Assembly: GCF_037042905.1 (NCBI RefSeq) | Contig: NC_087260.1 | Span: forward strand, 25,544,001 to 25,608,000 | Source: Lytechinus pictus | Lineage: Eukaryota | Direction: 5' to 3' | DNA length: 64,000 bases | Shown: in pieces, positions 57,871 through 64,000 of the stretch | Layout: the number at the start of each line of letters is the position of its first letter | Position numbering within the stretch: position 1 is the first letter of the stretch | The notes under the pieces: generated by a model | The model's input: the letters and a program-made list of their open reading frames with translations, nothing else | The model's database searches: none | Told to the model about the DNA's origin: nothing | Translations under genes and position numbers: made by a program

Positions 57871-60692
57871 AGAAACGAATAAATAAATAATGAGTGTGAT
57901 GATTGCAGTGCGCAGACGAGAGTTGGAAATGACAGGCTTCTTTACTCATATATTTATAACGAGAACAATTTTGTGACAATGCTAAAAACAATGTATAAGA
58001 CCTTTCCCCCGCCCCCCCCCCAAAAAAAAAAAAAAATCCCCAAACAGTGCACATTTGCAGGCAGAAAAAAGCCTTGACACAAGAATACTACCATACTGGC
58101 CTGCAAAAGACCCGATCGATAGCTCATGAATATTCATGTAACAATAGCGAATGGGCGAGTAGTGTTGGGTGAGGAACATCGTACCGCTCGGTCATTGGTC
58201 AATTCCGAGCTGAATGTCTTCACACATTCGCCGTTGCTCTGCCCATAGAAGTACGTGTATTGCTACACACAACCGTTATATCACACGTGTCAATAGGGGA
58301 AATCTTGATTCAGATCGCGGCAATATCCGAAATCAACTCTTGAAAATAATGATGCAAAAATACAATTTTACTCAAAAAATGTCTATGTAAACCACTATTT
58401 TTTATATGATAAAATGAATGGTGAATTCCTGGCCAGTATAACAACATAAAAAACAGAAAATATGGTGTTGATTTTCTGGCTGTAAAATTGGTTTAAAAAA
58501 AAAGTTCTCTGGGCACGCATACGTGCCAATGGCATTAGAGGGCTAAGGGCACGTATAGCTGCCAACGGCATTTAAAGAGTTAAAGGTTAAGTGCTTCCAA
58601 AATTGATAGTGACCTTTGACATTCCCCTCCCCTTTTTATCTGTTTTTTAGGAAAATGTTTGCCCCCCTCCCACGCCCTGTATAAATACTGGATCCACCCT
58701 TGCTCACAACACATGCATGCAAAAAGGCAATGCATGTATAATTACATACAGCTTACATGCTAGTAACACATCATGTGCGCTTTGTGATTTTCCGTATTGA
58801 AGTGAGTTTGTCCCTGATATTCCCACCTGAGCCTATGTTTTGATGCTTCGGGCGTTTTTGAAAATTTGTGGTTTATTCATTAGTCATGGATTTTTACCAG
58901 AATCCCTTTAATATTTTGTTTTCAATTCCGGGATCAAAGCAAAATGAAAAAAAAATCAAACATTAATGTGTAAATCACGACATCTACAGAAACTAAATTT
59001 TGACACTATTCAAATTGTTGCACATCTCCTATTTAAATAAAGTCATCCATGTTCATGTAAGGTGTGATACGATACACTCATAAAACAATGAGTTTGTAAT
59101 TGAGGAGTTTTCAATTTTTATCATCTTTGTTACAATAACACCTAAGTTAGACTATTTATATAGTGTATTTATTCTTTTCAAAATTCCCCTTTTTTAACTC
59201 AAGGACAGTGATGATGCAATACACAAGATAAACTCTATTCTTTAAATTCTAATATGAGATCAATATTCTGTCACTAAAAATGAAATTGATTTTACTTGTT
59301 CATGTGTTTTTAGCTATGAAGACAAGTATAAAATGAGATATAATTGGGGAGTGTTTTATGTGAAAGCATCTTGTTTTATAGTGATTTTCATAAGCAAACT
59401 TGTTCTGAGCCAATCAGATGCAAGGATTTCAGTAGCTTATAACACATGTGTCAATTAAAATCATCACTAGGCCTATACATGTATTTTATATAAAATGCTT
59501 CCCTGTATACAAGTATTTCACTGTGCATAATAGCATGCTGATGTGGTTTTTATGAAGACTTAAAATATTTATCCTGACTCCATACTAGCTACTCCCTCGC
59601 ACATTGATTATGAATGCGCAAGCTGGGGACCCTGGAAGCCCTCGCTTGTTATTCCGCTGCCAGGGAAGCTGTATTAATTACAGTCAATGCCCTACATGTA
59701 CATCTACACTGTAAACTAGTCACATGACCATTCAACATCATTATGGACCAGTCTGTATTTTTCTGCTCCATGTATTCTCCTCTATCTTTGACATTCATTC
59801 ATTCGATGAATGCAATGGAATTTATAGAAAGATGATTTGAAAACAGGATTCCAAATTGTCTTGCCTGAATACATCGTTGTCCTCTAACGTTACAATACAC
59901 ATGTCGGGGGGGGGGGGGGGAGGGATATTAATAATGTGATAGAGGACAATCTCATGCAAAGTATATCATGTATGAAACGAACCTATTTCATTTGAAGGAT
60001 ATGTACAGTAGACCTCCAGTTGGATTGAATCAAAACATTGTATGCTGCTCCACTAAAAAATACACAAATCTAGTCTCATTCATCAAAATGCATTCAGACT
60101 ACTATTAAATGAACACCAGTTTTAATGTGGCATCAGATGCAGGTTGAAGAAGCTCCTCATTAGGCCTATACAATTCGTGTACAAGTACTTGCAAAACAAC
60201 TTCTCAACTACCGGGGACACATCTGGAGAATCTTAAGAGGGCCATTATCGCACAAGTTGTAAATCTCAGAAATAAGGCCAATTAAAACCAGTGATTCGAG
60301 TCACAAACACTAATGACTGACCAATCGCCAACATCTAGAGGCTACTGCTCTCCAAATGGAAATGAAAATGACCAGAAGCAAGATTCATGCTTGGAAGCCA
60401 TTTTTCTGGTTAGAAATTTATTGATTTACCTCAACCTACAGATAAATGCTTGATCTATGTATTGTGTGGTTCTTTGATGCCAGATTTCAAGAATACAAAT
60501 AAACATGTAATTTTTTTTTCTTTTTAAGGACAAATTCAATCATAATATTTTAATTTACTAACCCTAAAAAATAAGGATGATATTGGCAGTAAAAAAGAGA
60601 AGTACAGTGTTTCATGTAGGAGGAATACATGTATGTACATGTAGGTCCTATAGTAAATTACCAAGAAATATTTTATTTTGAATGAGGTTCTC

Positions 60693-61811
60693 TTCTCTTC
60701 AAAAGTCAAACAGTCACACTGCAGGTCCCAAGAAAGTGGCTTCTTTCATCCAAGTGATATTCATGACTTGAGATGTTTTGCATATTTAATGAGCTTGATG
60801 CGGACCAAAACACCTCTTTTCATTCGGTCATTGCTGCTCTAATTGTGCATCGAATTTCATGAATTTGGTACCATTGTAAAGAAGAAGAATCATTCTTTCA
60901 GGTCATGTGTTTGGATCTATTCAAAGATTTTGTAATATAGGTTAAAATTTTGATCTAAAATATGCTACAAAATAAATATTTTCACCTGACAAAAGCTGCT
61001 ATTTTCACACTTTATTTTTGTTTGAGCCCAAATGATTTTTATATCATGATAAAGCTGAATATGTATGCTTTGAAATGATATAGGTTTCAAAATAAGAATT
61101 GGTTTAATCGGGTCAAGATCACACTTTTCATTTGCCAAGTACATAAAGCAGCTTGAAAACAAGAATACTGCACTCTGATTGGTCAAAGAGACCGCACACT
61201 GGCAAATTCCAACGGTTCCAGTGCCTGGGTTCGTGGGAAGGTCACACTTCCCATGTGGTAATCTCCTCAAATACCCCGCGCCTGTTGTTCTGTGAATCTT
61301 ATCCAGCCAATCAGAAATCTGGATTTCATGCAAGTACAAAATTTCAGAAATCTCGTCTTGTACCTTGGTGGGAAAAGTGTGATCTTGACCCGATTAAAAG
61401 GTGCTGCATATCAAGAGTGGCATTGTGAAAAAGTACAGAGGTTCAGCTTTATGTTGATATAAATATCATTGAGGCTCAAAATAAAAAGTTTTGCACAATT
61501 TGCAAAAGAAAACAGAGGAAGAAAATTCAGTTTTGAGGCACATTTTCAGGCCAGAAATTTACTTATTTAACAAAATATTGTATACAAAATAAATGACCAA
61601 TATAAAAGAGTAACTTTTACTCTATATGATGGTGCAATAATATTTCATTTAACTTGAGTTCAAAACAGGTAAATTCTTAGAGAAAGAAAATCTCACGAAT
61701 CACGAGATTTTGCAAGGAGGAGGATTCAGCCACGAGATGATTTGGATGAATCTGGCCTTTTTGCTCATTAGCATAGGGACCTGCGGTCTGACTGCAAAAC
61801 TCCTGAAAGAA
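60693..61811. mobile_element. ~1.1-kb non-autonomous DNA element (boundaries approximate)
   Basis: Subterminal inverted repeat cagtcacactgcaggtccc (~60710) / gggacctgcggtctgactg (~61776). Confidence 0.5.
61104..61397. mobile_element. Nested MITE with perfect 26-bp inverted ends that include TTAA
   Basis: ttaatcgggtcaagatcacacttttc / gaaaagtgtgatcttgacccgattaa, with an internal inverted ctgattgg/ccaatcag pair. Confidence 0.88.
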
Positions 61812-61962
61812 CTGTAGCCTGGAGGAAGAACATCTTTCTTTTTCAGCCCCCCCCCCTTAAAACACTTAAAGAAATACAAGTTTGTTAATGCACTAAACAA
61901 AAATGATCATGATTTTCTGATAGTACTAGCTGCAGGATGTGTAATTTTCCAGCATTTATTGA

Positions 61963-62566
61963 AGGACAAGTCCACCCCACCAAAAAGTTGATTTGAATAA
62001 AAGGAGAAAAATCCAACAAGCAAAACACTGAAAATTTCATCAAAATCGGATGTAAAATAAGAAAGTTATGACATTTTAAACTTTTGCTTAATTTCACAAA
62101 AACAGTTATATACACATCCTGGACGGTATGCAAATTGACAGACTGATGACGTCACCCACTCACTATTTCTTTTGTATTTTATTATATGAAATATGAAAAA
62201 TTCTAATTTTCTCCCCATTGTCATGTGAAACAACATTTTATTACTCCCTGAACATGTGGAATTACCATTATTTTAACAGTTTATGGTTAAGTCATGTTGG
62301 TCCTTATTGTCAAATCTGTAAAAATTGAAATATTGTATAATTCAAACAATAAAAAACAAAAGAAATAGTGAGTGATGGACATCACGACTCTCTCATTTGC
62401 ATATCGCTGAGTTGTGCGTTTAACTGTTTTGTGAAAAATAAGCGAAACTTAAAAACGTCATAACTTTCTTATTTTACATCCGATTTTGATGAAATTTGCA
62501 GCATTATGTTTGTTTTATTTTTCTCTATCGATTCAAATCAACAATTTTCTGGGGTGGACTTGGCCT
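61963..62566. mobile_element. Kolobok-like MITE, copy 3 (opposite orientation to copy 1)
   Basis: TIR AGG(A/C)CAAGTCCACCCC, flanks ttga/TTAA, TGACGTCA at 62147. Confidence 0.9.
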
Positions 62567-63804
62567 TTAATATCAAATGTGGGGAAAATAGGTCTGTATA
62601 TGTGTCTTGAGCAGCAACGCACATGTGAGATGGAACTAAGCAGAGAGGTTGGGGAAATGTACAGTACATATATGGATGAAAAATGGCAAAGAGAACCCGG
62701 TGCCTGGGTACAAAATGGATATGGGCTAATGAATAGAGAAGTGATTGTTCAATCCAAATACTGTCGTTTGCAGTCCATGGTCCATGCACATACATTGCTA
62801 CAGGCTGTATCATTGTAATAGTCTTGCTTCCATCCACAGCTGTAAATTCTTGACCGTACCTTTTAAAAGTAAAAATCATGGGATTTGTTGGGATACAATA
62901 TACAGTAAATTCGGTTTAATTAGAAATGACAGAATATAGATCTAGAAGGTCCATGCTATAAAAACAAGACAGAATAATTTTGAGATAAATTTCAGTTCTG
63001 GGCCCTTTTCAAGCTAATTGTTAATGACAGTACAGTTGAATTTATGCATTTTATTGAACATACATGTACACTGGGGACAGTGAATTTATATTGAATTTAC
63101 ATTTAAAAAAAAATGCCTTTCTGCTACGCAAAATCCTGTAATCCTGTTCAAACTTCATCTTTGTCAAAGCAAACGTAGAAAGTAAAAACAAACATGAATG
63201 CTGTCAACCTGTAATTGAAATGAACAACAACAAAATGATGAAAGAGTCAAAATAAAGCCAATTTCTCAGAAAAGAAAAAAAACAATTCATTACAATTTGT
63301 TTTCCTCTGGCACTTTGAAGGAGAATTGTGGCAGCCCATGCCCAGTTGTGGGGGAAGCCGATAATAAGCCTTCTTTCACTGGCTCACACAAACAAGGGTA
63401 AAGCGCAGGATATCGGGTTCGTTAGCACGGAAACCAACTCGCTAGCAGATACTAGCACAAGTCTGCTGCTGAATGGCTTGCTAATATAGAGCTCTGTGAG
63501 ATTTGTCATCAGCAACTTAAGTTAAGCAGTACAAACAACACCCTTGTTGGACTGCTGGACTAAAGATAAAATGTTTAAGGTCAGAAGAGATTTTTGAAAC
63601 ACTTTGAATTCAAAACAAAGTTGAGCCCTACAATTCCATACAAAAATTGATCAAGAAAATATAAAAGAAAATTGTGGCCTTTTTACTTCTTATACCGAGC
63701 TTTTACCTTCATACATGTATGTACAGTATATAAATGTAGGCCTACATGTACATTAATAAAGAACATACGTGTACATGTATTGAAGAACATGTAAACACAT
63801 TCAA

Positions 63805-63964
63805 TTCCCTCGTTTTTACTATCATCAACAATTACACTGCAATCATTCCAACAAGAATAAAAGGTTTATCCAAGACAAACTCATTTCCCTCGTTTTTACT
63901 ATCATCAACAATTACACTGCAATCATTCCAACAAGAATAAAAGGTTTATCCAAGACAAACTCAT
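63805..63964. repeat. Exact 80-bp tandem duplication
   Basis: 63805-63884 equals 63885-63964. Confidence 0.92.
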
Positions 63965-64000
63965 TTTTGTTGAAACAAGAAAAAAATCAGGAATCTATTC

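Larger units (their letters stand above)
52814..58579. mobile_element. 5.77-kb non-autonomous piggyBac-like element with non-coding cargo
   Basis: TTAA on both sides. TIR CTCTTACTATGCC / CTCTTTAAATGCC (10/13). Extra piggyBac-like right ends at ~58542 and ~57324. No long ORF. Confidence 0.7.
52737..58702. mobile_element. hAT-type MITE (~200 bp) split by the piggyBac-like insertion
   Basis: Ends cagg... / ...ctggatccacccttg. Flanks ctcagaac (52729-52736) and ctcacaac (58703-58710) give an 8-bp TSD, 7/8 identical. Confidence 0.65.

Overview
AT-rich (~35% GC), repeat-dense eukaryotic DNA. The repeat families and gene structure suggest a marine invertebrate, probably a sea urchin (inference). There are two assembly gaps (25464-25623, 45812-46215). 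The window holds one minus-strand gene of the FARP1/FARP2/FRMD7 FERM family. I reconstructed it by hand as 10 phase-consistent GT-AG coding exons from ATG 51279 to stop 6641 (3918 nt, 1305 aa). It encodes the FERM and FERM-adjacent domains, then one 2.67-kb exon for a ~890-aa acidic/Ser-rich tail ending in a stop. No RhoGEF (DH) or PH exons are visible, so the architecture is FRMD7-like. The introns and the downstream region are packed with non-autonomous DNA transposons: TA..TA elements with 9-bp TSDs, hAT-like, Kolobok-like TTAA, PIF/Harbinger, Tc1, and a 5.8-kb piggyBac-like cargo element nested in a hAT MITE. Also present are tRNA-derived SINEs, a LINE 3' fragment, a Penelope-like fragment with a minimal hammerhead ribozyme, and mini/microsatellites. 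The palindrome TACATGTA is strongly but unevenly enriched.
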